Assembly (NCBI RefSeq): GCF_001194135.2
Contig: NC_068984.1
Span: forward strand, 30,029,564 to 30,093,563
Direction of reading: 5' to 3'
Length of the DNA: 64,000 nucleotides
From: Octopus bimaculoides
Lineage: Eukaryota
Below the pieces are notes generated by a model that did not search any database, was not told where the DNA came from, and saw only the letters and a list, made by a program, of their open reading frames with translations. The first letter of the stretch is position 1, and the number at the start of each line of letters is the position of its first letter. This document shows, piece after piece, positions 1 through 13,038 of this stretch. Made by a program: the position numbers and the translations under genes.

Positions 1-950
1 AAGTATAATCTTCGTAAAGTACCTGCAGAATAGCAATACTTAAAAAGAAACTTTAAAACGTGGATATCAGACCAAGGAAACTTGAAATATGCGGTAATCA
101 CGCAGATGATCATTTTCATGTGCAAAAGGTTGGCAGTAAACACATAAGTGAATAATCTCAGAACTGCTCGTTGGTGCTTTCGTTTCCGGAAACAAAATGA
201 CTTCAGTTTGCCCGGAGAATATGAAGAGAAGATTTACATAGATTTATTATTCATGCTAAAATACAGAGTTTTCCTAAACTCAGTTAGATTGAGAATATGG
301 GTGGGGTGATATGACTTGTAATGTGTCATTTAATAACAGCATAAATGCAAATGGAAAGAAATCAGTAATACTTAACACCTGGGAACGAAAAGATTCAGTA
401 CTCGGCAGGTTTTGCTTCTTGTGTCAACAAGGACCAAGCGATTGCCAGTATCAATTTTCAAAAAAAAGAAAAAGAAAAAGAAAAAAAAAACATTATCGAA
501 GATAGAACTGCCAAATAAAATTCATGTTATTGTAGAAACCAAGGGATGGGTGAATAGAGAAGGCGTCGAGGTATGGTTAGAAAAAATATGGTCCAAGCGT
601 CCTAGTAGCTAATTATGAAAACAATCCCTTCTCGTATGGGATCGGTTTAGTGATCACCAATCTGAAAATAGCTAAATACCAGCAAGGAGTCTATCCTCCT
701 TGACATGATGCCAACTGAGAGGATGAAACGTCCATTAAAATCAGAAATACATAAATAGGTACTGGAGACATAGTCTGATATTAAAACTGAAATTATAGTT
801 TCAAAATTTCGGTAACTCGAATGCTATGAAACATACTGAAGACATTTTGTTGTTTGAGACATTGTTGTATGACAATGATGATAATGATTCCTCTCTTAAT
901 GATTTAGAACATTTAGAGCAATGGTGCGTTTTGAAAAACTGAAGAGAAAT
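1..950 (+). mobile_element. Decayed pogo/Tigger-superfamily DNA transposon (CENP-B HTH + DDE_1 transposase relic), 5' truncated by window edge
   Basis: Frameshifted translations give RWCFRFRKQNDFSL..EYEEKI, TKRLPVSIFKKK, IHVIVETKGWVNREGVEVWLEKIWSKRP and SLLVWDRFSDH. These match pogo-type transposase motifs (GWM..E.M..WLEKVW.RRP; LLVWD.F..H). Multiple stops and frameshifts. Confidence 0.85.
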
Positions 951-3105
951 ATAATACATGCGGTTACTTACTGGACGTTATCTAGGTTTTAAAGAATGTT
1001 TTTGTAATTTATCTTGTTTACTTACCAGGCGTTTAGATTTATTTTTATGAAATTAACTTTGACTTTTTTACTTTTACAATTACTTTTTTTTATAATAATA
1101 TAGACGCTGGTATACATTTGCTTAACTTACACAAATGGAAAATATTTTTTCCTCGCTGTTATACAGATGAGATCAACAGAAGAAGACTATAACACTACAT
1201 TTCCTACATACGTGCACAATAGGTGTTATAGGAAATATTCTTACATCTTTTACAAGCGCTTTATTGAAATTTGACGATATAATGAGTGTCGGTTAAAGTT
1301 CGTCCACAATCAAGCAATGTCCTGTGGGGCGTTGTACGCACAGGGTGGTTGGCAGCAGTGGAACGATCATCATGTTGTGTCACATGAATAATCTAAGAAG
1401 AGTTAACGTGCTTAGTGTTATGTACTACAATGATACTCAGAAGGAAACCACCAGGTAGGTGGCCATTATCTGGTGATTTCTCTCAACAACGTGTATGAGC
1501 ATTTCGTTAGTTTGTTCACCAATTTTGTTCACCAATTTTACTGCTGGAGCCCCATCGAGTGAACAGAGCTTAGTTTGACCGTCCTCTCGGACGCTTCGAA
1601 ACAGAGCTTTGGTAAGTATAAAATCCTTTTTCTTAGAATTCCATGTCTAAAATCAAGGTGTCTCTTACAAAATGAAGCGTCTACCATGCCACAAAATACG
1701 GTAAATATTTTTTCTATAAATGAGTTCAATTGTATTTTCAGCTCACTTCGTGACTCAGATAACATAGCACTTATGGAAATATAATAAATTCGTCTGATCG
1801 TTCACATCTCATTTTATTTCGTCTGATTCAATTATTTTATTTATATCATAATATGTAAATATATTAAAAAAGCAAGCAAAATATATCTATATTATAAAAA
1901 CAAATATTAAAAATGAAGTATTTCTATAGTGATTAATTCTATCCAATCATATTACAGAAATTAATTTTACCGAAATTGAGGCAATGAATGAAATTCAACA
2001 AAACTCAGCAATGACTTGTAAAGAATAACTTGCAACGAATAAAAACTGGCATGCCTACTGCTACATTTCTTAATACAATAACAGCGATTAATAAGGTTTC
2101 TATAACATCAAACAGTGCTAGTGTATATAAATTGACAAAATTATATTGAACATATGTTATTTTTGTTTGACTATTGATGGTAAACTTTGTAGGCGATAAC
2201 GAATTTATATGCTAAAATAATCCAGTGACGACTTCTTTAAACTAAGATGGCAAAGACCAAACTGTATGTGATATTTTAAATACCATCTTGTCGTGTCATC
2301 TCCAAGAAAATCAATTTTATAAGTTTTGAAAAACAATTTTACACTTTCAAATATAATTTCCCTTTATCCCTTGCAGGAATGCTTTCATTTTCAGTACAAT
2401 GCCTTTCAGATCGTAATACAAAAATAATTCAACTTAAAAATATAGATATTTGATATATATTTACAAATTAAGTTTCAGTGGAGCATTTTGAAGGAAGTGC
2501 ACGTTAGGCATACACACACATAATCGAATTTGAAGTTGATTTAGTTACAATGGATAAATAAATAGAACAAATATATTAAATAAAACACGTGTCACGAGTA
2601 TATGGTATGCAAATATAAACCATAATAAAGTTTTTATCTAAAAGATTATCTATATTTTAGCTTAACTTTCTGCTTCCTAATGGCGCAAGCATTGGCTTAT
2701 GGCTAATGAAGTCACTTCATTGTTAGGTGCTTCGTGATTCAGTGTAATTATGAAGCACTCGAGGAAGTGTATTCAATCAAAAACTCATTGGGAATGCAAC
2801 TGGACAGAGAGAACAGAGGAACTGTTAATATGATACAGTGTACCTATTTTTGAGTGATAGAGGTACACTCTATCGTCTGCAAGAAGAAAGCAAGATACCG
2901 TTTAACGGAAGAGACAGCCATGCCAGCATGCTGCAGGTCCTTCTCTGGCTTCCCATTTTCACAGAAATAAGCTATAAAAGAAAGCAAATTAAGATATTTT
3001 CATACTATAAACAGATTTCAAAAAGCAGATTACAGCATGGTTTCTGTTAATTAACATTCGGGTGTCGTTCCAATATTTCACACTCATATACACACGATTA
3101 CATCC

Positions 3106-3175
3106 ATATATATATATATATATATATATTGATACATAAACAAACACACACACACACATACACACACACACACAA
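3106..3175. repeat. (TA)n/(CA)n compound microsatellite
   Basis: Direct reading. Confidence 0.95.
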
Positions 3176-4544
3176 ATATGCATGCAAACATGTATATATA
3201 TCTTTCATATATGTTTGTGTCTGCGTGTGTGTGTTGCGTGGTGTGTGTGCTGTGCGTATTTTTTTTTTACCTCATATCAAACTATACATCTGTTGAAAAC
3301 CCGAAATGCAATATTCTTGTATACTACATGGCAACCAATTTTAATGATTTTCAAAAGCTGTTTTAGCTCACCATTGTGAATGCTGTCAATGATGATTCTC
3401 TCCTTTTCCATAGGCTTCCAGACTTTACATCTCTATATCATTGAGCTATTATCTCAGCTCTCGTTATGAGAGCAGCACAGACCAATTTCCCTACCTGTTA
3501 TATGACAATATAAGTGTTCCATCCCTAATTATAACACACTAGCCTTATACAAAATGCATGAATCTCCATACAAGTGTCCAGTACTTAATCAGTTAAGCTA
3601 CATTAAACCTGCTCGCTGATTAATGAGACAACGATGTTACTCATACTCTCAGTAAATTTCATTAGATACGGTTGAAAGTGAAATGTGTATGAAATGATCT
3701 TAAATGGAAGGGTAGATTTTGAATATTAAGTAGCAGAAATATTATTTATGCGAGTTCGCACTTGCCGTTCCACTCTAATTGAATCTCTTGACCCTAAGCT
3801 GCTGATTTAACAAGCAAGCTATAAGAACATAATCGGCTATCCGTAACACTCTTACGGTTTCACGAAAGGGAATATTCTATTAAATTATACGTCTGCTAAT
3901 CTGAGCATTTGTCTAGAAATACTAATGAAACTGGCAAGAAAGACGGAAGGACACACATGTAAGATCATAGGTGTAGAAATGGATTGCTAGCCAACTATCT
4001 ATGCAACGTTATAGACAGGAAAACTGCTTATATGCAGGAAAAACAAGAAAGCCTTTTTTTTTACAAGCGCACACGTGTACATTGATGCACACACACACAC
4101 TCACAAGTAATTATATGATTGTTAATGAATGTATACACCGTTAAAACAATGGGAAGAAGCAAAACAGGGTAAAGGAATAATTAAGACAAGGAAAATAAGA
4201 AAAGGTAAATTTGATATACAAAGAGCGGACAAGCATGAAAATAAGGAAGAGAAAGATTTCTCATTGAAGACAAGAGAAGTGACACAGATTGAATGAAGAG
4301 GGGAAAATGAAGAAGAGAGAGAAAGAAATGTATTTCATTGTGTTCGTTTAAGCGGGCAATAATGCAAATGAGGAACTGTACACTTAGAATCATTACTTAA
4401 AACAATACAAGAATAGTGGGTATTAATTAGAAATCACGGAGTGGAAATGATGCAGATGTTAAATTCTCGAATCTACTTCCAGAATATCTTGCATCATGTG
4501 TGTCGCTTCTTCAACAATACAGTATCTGTCTGTCTGTCTGTTTG

Positions 4545-4703
4545 TGTCTCCCTCTCTCTCTCCCAGTCTCTCTTTCTCTCTCTCTCTCTATCTCTCTCCC
4601 AGTCTCTCTTTCTCTCTCTCTCTCCCAGTCTCTCTTTCTCTCTCTCTCTCCCAGTCTCTCTTTCTCTCTCTCTCTCTCTCTCCCAGTCTGTCTTTCTCTC
4701 TCT
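4545..4703. repeat. (CT)n tract with periodic CCCAGT interruptions (higher-order minisatellite) running into a gap
   Basis: CCCAGTCT recurs about every 26-38 bp within the CT repeat. Confidence 0.9.
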
Positions 4704-5199
4704 NNNNNNNNNNNNNNNNNNNNNNNNNNNNNNNNNNNNNNNNNNNNNNNNNNNNNNNNNNNNNNNNNNNNNNNNNNNNNNNNNNNNNNNNNNNNNNNNN
4801 NNNNNNNNNNNNNNNNNNNNNNNNNNNNNNNNNNNNNNNNNNNNNNNNNNNNNNNNNNNNNNNNNNNNNNNNNNNNNNNNNNNNNNNNNNNNNNNNNNNN
4901 NNNNNNNNNNNNNNNNNNNNNNNNNNNNNNNNNNNNNNNNNNNNNNNNNNNNNNNNNNNNNNNNNNNNNNNNNNNNNNNNNNNNNNNNNNNNNNNNNNNN
5001 NNNNNNNNNNNNNNNNNNNNNNNNNNNNNNNNNNNNNNNNNNNNNNNNNNNNNNNNNNNNNNNNNNNNNNNNNNNNNNNNNNNNNNNNNNNNNNNNNNNN
5101 NNNNNNNNNNNNNNCCTTGTCTATCTATCCATCTATTTATTTTGTTCTGAGATTAGATTTAGATTTCTATTTCTCATTGCAAGCGTAGTCAAATTTCAC

Positions 5200-5470
5200 A
5201 CCCACAGAAGTGCATGCTTACATACACACATACAGGACCGTGGTTATATATCTTTCATAGAATTGTGGCTTGGTGTTCTCTTCTCCTCTGCGGTTATATA
5301 GTTTCTTCTGGGCATATTTTCCAAAGAAATCTTAGTTTCATTACAGCTGAATACGTATTGTACCATGTACCCCTCTTGACAGAATTCACGCAGGAAATCT
5401 TCAGCTGCCTTCCTGTCAGAACTCGCTGCTTTTCCGTACCTGACGACGATCTTGGGAAACATCTAAATAA
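5200..5470 (-). mobile_element. Tigger-like (TIGD1-type) transposase fragment
   Basis: ORF 5244-5462(-) reads VVRYGKAASSDRKAAEDFLREF..EGYMVQYVFSCNETKISLENMPRRNYITAEEKRTPSHNSMKD, matching Tigger VVRHGEAASSD..AAE.F....EGY..QQVFNCDETGLFWKKMP.RTYIT.EEK..PGHKPMKD. Confidence 0.9.
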
Positions 5471-5485
5471 TAAACTATAGAAAGA

Positions 5486-5680
5486 TTAGTAGTTAATTTT
5501 AAGGCCCAATTCATTAAAGATACATCTATGTTGAGTTCTAAATCTATCAAAGGTGGTGACTATCACAACCATGGGAAATACCCAATCCGTCGTCTTGGTA
5601 GAGACCAACGTCATGAGATGGGTACTTATATCTGATTTGCTTAATATAAGTAAACCCTCAGGATCACAAACATCAGCACT
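5486..5680 (-). mobile_element. Penelope-like element (PLE) reverse transcriptase fragment
   Basis: Combining two frames gives SADVCDPEGLLILSK / DVGLYQDDGLGI / FDRFRTQHRCIFNELGLKIN. This matches the PLE RT catalytic region (GAEVCELVGLYIL..; GLYRDDGL; DRIRK...IFK.LGLKIT). Frameshifted relic. Confidence 0.75.
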
Positions 5681-5723
5681 ATCATGTGTTTGTGTGTGCG
5701 AGCGTGTGTGTAGACATATATAT

Positions 5724-5760
<37 letters not shown>

Positions 5761-6734
5761 CACACGGCTGCATTATAGTATTGAAAGGGTAGAAAATCAG
5801 AGTATCATCAATGTAACACTCAACTGGAATTTGAGGCTATGTGTATTCTTCAAGTGGAGTACCAAACGGAATCTTACTAAACATTGTCAGTGCAGCGATG
5901 CACCAAAGCCGTCAATCCTAAACGGTTTCAATAGAGTCTTATAGACAATGGCTATCAATATCTATTGTCATACAACGGTACATCAATAATGATGATTTTA
6001 ATAAGTTTAACAAGTTTAGTCCTTCATTAAGCGACTGACAGATAGTATATGAGGTTAGTTGTTTACTATAACAACCCCAATCGTCGCATATCACTTCTTT
6101 TCCCCACATATCGGAATAGCTCTATACAATCTCCAATTTTTCTACGTGTCGGGGTACTAAGCCCGAAATGTTGAAGAAAAGCAAGGTCAAACAATAAGTG
6201 TTATTCCATTTTCTCAACTGTATTTCATCCATTTTGCATTGTTTACCCTTTTAACAATCTTTAATCTTTCTTTCCACTATTTACCAGCTAATATAATTCT
6301 TTTAAAGTTATGTACCACGAAAATCTGGTTATATGATAACTAACACGTGCTCTACTTCAGTCAAAAATATATAAGAAACTAAAGTAGATAGTTTCTGGCC
6401 TTCATTTTATTCAGTATTGCACAACCTACGAATAATATCTTATTGATTTCTCTCTTACCTCCGCTTATTTTTTTCTTTAACGCATGACTTGTTATAGTGA
6501 TGCATCAAATATATTATACATTTTTTATGCCGTTTATTCGTATACAGAAAGAATTCCTTCATTTCTTGCATAATAGTTCTTTGAAACCTGTTAACAGACC
6601 GCCCCTGTTTGGGGTGGTAGTCTAATATGGTACTGGGTTCTGAGTCTTGTCTTTAGCGGAACCCAAATGCTTATACACATTCAGAGCTGGTCTCCGGTTT
6701 AAACAAACTCAATCCTTAGCTCCTACAGTCTCAG

Positions 6735-6900
6735 TCGAAGCGTGTTACTTAGTGGTTAGGGTGTTGAACACATGATTGTAAGATTAAAGTTGCAATTCTT
6801 GGACCTGGCGACGCGTTGTGTTCTTGAGCAAGACACTTCATTTCACGTTACTCCCGTCCAGTAGAGAAACCAGGAAACCAGCCCTATGTGTCTGTATGAC
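6735..6900 (+). mobile_element. tRNA-derived SINE, family C (TGTGTtCTTGAGCAAGACACT core), degenerate
   Basis: A-box-like TTAGTGGTTAG, eroded B-box, then TTGTGTTCTTGAGCAAGACACTTCATTTCAC core typical of core-domain SINEs. Confidence 0.65.
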
Positions 6901-7363
6901 TCGGGAGGGACCTTTATCCTTATCCTACAGTCTAAGAATCCCTGATAATGATAACGATGGCGATATCTATCTTCCTGCGATTGAGCTAAAAAAAATAGTT
7001 ACTATCCCTATTAGTTCGCATGCATATCAACAACTATCTAATAAATTATTTTATCTGAAGAGTTCGTAGACTTAATTTCCTAGGTTCCACTATTAACAGG
7101 AATTTCTGTGCTTTAGGCTCATTTGATTCTATTTTCCTCTGATATAAAATAATTAGAGTAATTCTGCAAGTGTTTCTTTGTGTCTCATTTCATTTATGTT
7201 CACTGTTCGATGAAAAGACTGACAAGTCACCGATGAATCGGAGGGAGGTAATTACTTGCTCATCTACATTGAGTTCTGTAATGAGTCACGTTGTCAGTTG
7301 ATTTTCATGCTTATGTAATACTGTTTGTCCGCATGTGATGTAGAGTAATAGTAGTATTAGATT

Positions 7364-7373
7364 TAGTAGTAGC

Positions 7374-7429
<56 letters not shown>

Positions 7430-7452
7430 AAATAGTAGTAGTAGTAGTAGCT
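7364..7452. repeat. (TAG)n trinucleotide microsatellite
   Basis: Direct reading. Confidence 0.95.
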
Positions 7453-9654
7453 GTTGTTATTATTTTATAGCTTTTTCTACTGATCCCCTTCACGTAACAT
7501 CAGACACAATTGTGTGTTCTGAAGACGCAATGGTACTATATTGTGTAGGGGTCGTTCATTTTACTCAAAAAAGATGACTTGGTTCATTTCAGACCAGTGA
7601 GTATTAAGGGAAGAAATTAGTTGCTGAACTTCGTTAGAATGTTTTAACAAATGGTCTGAAAAGTTCTTTGAGGAATTTTTTGTTTCTACTGTGCGTTGGT
7701 TGGGGTGTTGGAACATTATTGCTTTTCTTTTCATTCTCATCTCATGTATACTGTTTGGAAAAGATGAAAGTTTCAATATATATTTTTGGTTGATCGCTCC
7801 TTTCTTTCTTGTGATGCTACACTTGGCACGATTGCATAGCTTAACTGATGTAAATGTAATGAGCGCTTTTTTGCATTTATTTATTTTTATTCATAAATTA
7901 TTCAGTGAGACAGTATTAAATTGATTCAGTGTATGAAGTTTTCTATTTTATACTAGCAAACCACAAATACAAATTTGTAATTCTCTTGAAATTGTTAAAT
8001 CAGATAAAAATAGATCTTAAGAGATGTTTTACTGGAGATAATCAGACGAAATTGAATTTTGCTGAATCCCTTTTGTGCTAGTATAGTATTAATCGAAGCA
8101 GTTTTTCCTGCTGTAGTTTTCTTTTTCATTTAAATAGGATTTTATACGCACACCCACATATATTCATGTTCTTTGCTTTCACTACTTTACAAATCTTTCA
8201 CTACCTTTTTATTCTTTCATTTAATAAAAATCATTGTTAGCAAGACAAGGTTTATGCACTGTTTGCCGTGTTAACCTCAGACTGTTTGTATCATTTTAAC
8301 TCATACTAATCATCCTATGGACTTGCCGACGACGATCAAGATATTCAGGTAATCTCTGATATTCTGCAATGTAGATGTTGTATATAGTTTTTTCTCTTCA
8401 TTTAATTCCTGTGAGAGACCACATAAAACGTTATATATTACTTTTCGTTGTATAAATTTACTCTTAGATCTATGTCGAAATAAATTAGAAAACCTAAACA
8501 TGTTTAGGAACGTTACTTTCGTTTGCCATTAGTTGATAACCACACAAGTATCACGACACCAATACCATTCGGTTTAATATTGGATTTTGCTTTTAAAGAT
8601 GAGTGGGCGCCATTTGATTAAATGTTAGCTGTACAAATACATTAAATAGTATCAGAATCAGATAATACTTTGATAGACGCATAGTTCTTATAAAAAAATT
8701 CAAACTTAATTGTTTTCCACGACGAACGTTTAAATCACTACCGATTTGTCAAGTTGCAGAAAGATATTCTGATGCGTGGAATCTATTTTGCATCCACCAA
8801 GCCAAAACTCGCGTGATCCTACTGCAATAAACTGATACAACTACTACATACTGCTAAATTGATCACTATGAAACTAACAAAGCTTAATAACAATAAGTGC
8901 TCATCCAGTCTGTTGTACTTATAGGTTTTCCATAATATTACATTATCTTTTCTGCATTACAGCATTTGCAAAGTAGAAACAAAAGCATATTTAGTCTGAG
9001 CAGGTAAATGACAAGAATTTGAGCATATGTGATTATTAAACAACCTAAAGTCACAAAAGTTATTGAAATGGAGGTAAAAATTAATGGATTCGTAGCAGAA
9101 AAAGTAGACTTCAGTTATTTTTTTCAGGTAAGTATTACAGCGTTGTTAATATTAGCTATTTCATTCTAGAAATACTTACTATATTTTTCTTTGTTTCATG
9201 GATATGGTATATGATTGCTATCTTGAATATCGATATATGTTTGAAATTTTGTCTCTGAATATTTTTTATTCTGTTCATTTGAATATTTCTACCTTGCAGA
9301 GACGTCATTTGTTTGAAAACTGGTAGAGATTAGCATCCAGTTTAAAGCCAAACTTGTTATGCAAGCGTAACACTAATGACATGAAGATTACAATACTGCA
9401 CGTATAGACTATCGTGCTTCTCCCAAGGATTGACATAATTTCATTCTAGTAGTTGCAGCATTGATTTTGTGAATATGATATCAAATTTATATGTGAAAAT
9501 CTGCAGCAAATATATACACAATTAAATACAAAATAGTATCTGCTTTATGAATCAACAAACTATCTCTCAACTTTCCTTAAAATTATACTCTTGTTACTTA
9601 GAAAATCGTGAATTACAGTAGTAATGGAAATCTTTCTTTCTTTCTTTCTGCCCG

Positions 9655-9701
9655 TCCATCCATCGATCGATCCATCCATCCATCCATCTATCCATCCATC
9701 C

Positions 9702-9782
<81 letters not shown>
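9655..9782. repeat. (ATCC)n to (ATCT)n tetranucleotide microsatellite
   Basis: Direct reading; runs into a gap. Confidence 0.95.
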
Positions 9783-11113
9783 NNNNNNNNNNNNNNNNNN
9801 NNNNNNNNNNNNNNNNNNNNNNNNTATATATATATATATATATATTTATATATCTATATGTCTGTCTGTCTGTCTATCTATCTTTTTATATACAATGCCC
9901 ACGAGTTAAATGGGATGGTTTGAGCAGAATTCTGCTCAATGAGGACTTATCTGAAGTTGCACAACAGTTACGATTACCATAACATAAACTTCGATAAAGA
10001 TACAATGAGCAAATGCATAAAATATTAAACCCTTGCCTTCCAAGACATGAGGTTGGGTTTCACTGTTTGTAACATGTTTCAGTGTACACGCACTTGTTTA
10101 CTCTGTAAATAGTTGTTTCCAGATTTATACATAATCGTAATATCATTACTGTAATTTAGAATATTTTGTCAACAAAGTATGTTTTTATTATACATTGTAA
10201 TCCTCTACTCTGCCACAGAATCACTAAGTTTTGTATAATTGATGAGGACGTTGGAAACGTGATTTAATGTATCGTTAAGCACTTTTATGCTAACTTATTA
10301 TATTGTAGGTCCCCCTGCTGCATGCCTATATGCTGCAATGATAATGTTTACTAATGAGATAATAAATAGACAATTCTTGTTAGATAGGAAGTTAATTTCG
10401 GTGCAAGATGTGACTTGTGTGAAATACGAGCACAGTAAAAACCATCGCTTAAAACTTACATGCATTTGCTGATATTTTATGCGCATACATCTACACAATA
10501 AATACATGCATACGCACATGCATATTTGCTTGCATAGATACACTCTTAAATACATACATACATCCATAGAAAAGACTGCCATTGGATAAACAGACAATGT
10601 TCCTGTTATTTAATACACACATATTAACACAAGAAATATTAGTTGAACACCCCCTCGAAACTTCTGCCAAAAGGAAAAATAACAATTCTGATACAGGCCC
10701 TAGAGAAGTGAATATTTCTTCTAAATTCTGAGGAGAAGCATATTAATGGACCATTGCTTAAAATTCTATTTCTCTAACTGCAATATAAATTCACATTTAC
10801 ATCAATAATTAATATTATTTATTTGAATCGTCTTGCCAGATGCCAATTTGTTTAAAGAAATTACTAAGCAGAATATTCTCAAGTTAGGTTAACAATGATT
10901 TAGTGAATGCAGGTACTTTCTGGTCTCAGTAACTAAATTAATAATGAACTCAGATTATAAATGTTTTGTAAAGTTTGATTACTTTTTGTAAGCATACGTA
11001 TCGCGTAAAATAAATAGATAGTTCACTGTGATTCCAACAAGAGTTTACTTTTCAGAGGAAACCTAATGTCGATTTCTAATATTTATATAACATTTACATG
11101 TATGGGGTAAGAC

Positions 11114-11236
11114 GGGGGGGGGGGAATTGTCTTGTCGATTACCTTGACTTTAGGTACTTGTCTGGTGTTTATTTTATCACTCGAAGTAAGAAGAAAGACA
11201 AATTCGACATCGGTGGCATTTGAACTCAAAATGCAT
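11114..11236 (-). mobile_element. SINE family A, degenerate 3' part
   Basis: Reverse complement aligns with TTCTGAGTTCAAAT..CCGAGGTCGACTTTGCCTTT..GTCGATAAAATAAGTAC seen in other copies in this window. Confidence 0.65.
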
Positions 11237-12941
11237 AAGGATTCAATTATATATTAGTCGACCACTACTGAAAGTCAAATTAAGATGTCCGGTTGAGCAT
11301 TCATTTCAGAAGCTAACATAATATAAATGTGAGATATGTAAAACCTTTTATATTATATGGTAATAGAAATATAATTTATACACTATTTCGTCGTCAAATA
11401 TCTTTAACAAATCTGAGATCATATGAATAATATATTCTATAATCCCTATATTTGTTACTGAATTTCCTCTAAAACTTCCGGAGACAAACCACCTCACTAT
11501 TTGATGTAATCGGTAACCGATGAAGTAATAGATAAGTGTTTGACAAATATGATGGTATTTCTTGTATTTTGTCTGTCTTAGACTACACTTGTATATGTTA
11601 TACATATTTAAGTTTTTGGAATAAAATCATAGTGATCACATTATACTTAATTACTGTTCATACATATGTCAAAAATATTAAACTTTGGTGTCATACGACT
11701 CGATGTTAGACAATAGTGATTGTGGTCTAGCTGGTGGTGGGTAAATAGCTATGAAATTATCAGTAACAGCAATGAGATAGGGAGTGTGGCACTGAAGTTA
11801 TATACATTCATAAATGAACAGAAAAACGAATAGATTTTATGTTTTGTGATAACTATCTTTAAGAATCTTTTATTTGATAGATTTTGGACTGCACCATAAC
11901 TATGCCTAAGAATCTTTATTTAATACATTTTGGACTGCGTCACACATTATGCAATTCTCATGCTCATCAGGTAATATGTAAAAGTGAGTGGGATGATGAC
12001 TTGTTGAATAATCAACTGATTCCGAGACATGTGAAATTTTAGTCAAAAGTACCAATATATGAAAAGAACAAAGTGGGCGCGTCATTAAACTGATGATCAA
12101 GAATAGCCTAGAACAGGGAAGGGATGAATTATAATTTACAGTTATAGACCTTGAGATAAAAGATATTCACTGAGGATGGTTTACATGCAATGAAACAGAT
12201 AATTAGCGATGAGAAATATATTAACTCCTTTAGGCATTTTGAGAGTAGACGTTTATAGTTGTTCAAAAATGAACAGTCTCATTATAAGTTAGCGTAAAAA
12301 TGCTTAACAATATATTAGATAATGTTTCTAACATTTTCATCAATAATACGAAACTTTGTGGTTCTGTGGTACAATAGAGGTGTGCATAATAAAAACATTT
12401 TATTGACAAAATATACTAAATCACAATAAGGATATCACGATTATGCATAAATCTGGAAGTAACTGTTAATTGGGCAAGTGCATGTACATTGAAACACGTT
12501 ACAAATAGTGCAACATAGTCTCATATCTTAGAATACAAGGGCTTAATATATTATGCATATGCTTATTACATTTTTATTTAAATTTATGAATAAAATGTTA
12601 TGGTATACATAGTCGTATAACTCCAAATAAGTCCTCATTGAGCAGGGTATTGTGTATATATATTTTCATATACAAAGATTTGTATACACACAGACATAAA
12701 CACGAATATATACACACAAATACACATACATGCACATACATATACATGCACAGCACGTTCATTTATTTACTCACATATATCAACAAATACAAAGATATAC
12801 ACGCACACACACTTACATATAATCACAAATATATACATATATATAAACACACAGAGTGAGCGAGAGAGAAAGAGAGAGAGAGAGAAAGAGAGAAACAGAT
12901 GTACATTACATTTACTTACTCTGATATATGCATATACATAC

Positions 12942-12944
<3 letters not shown>

Positions 12945-13030
<86 letters not shown>

Positions 13031-13038
13031 TGTGTGTG
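12945..13038. repeat. (GT)n microsatellite
   Basis: Direct reading, about 45 units. Confidence 0.97.

Noticed and set aside
1538-1784. Clustered splice-like sites and two short ORFs
   Set aside because: Implied introns of 25-42 nt are too short, and the peptides are unrecognisable.
4441-5301. 286-aa Ser/Leu-rich ORF
   Set aside because: Translation of a (CT)n tract plus a gap.
6140-6182. GGG..CCCGAAATGTTG hammerhead-like half
   Set aside because: No CUGANGA core upstream.
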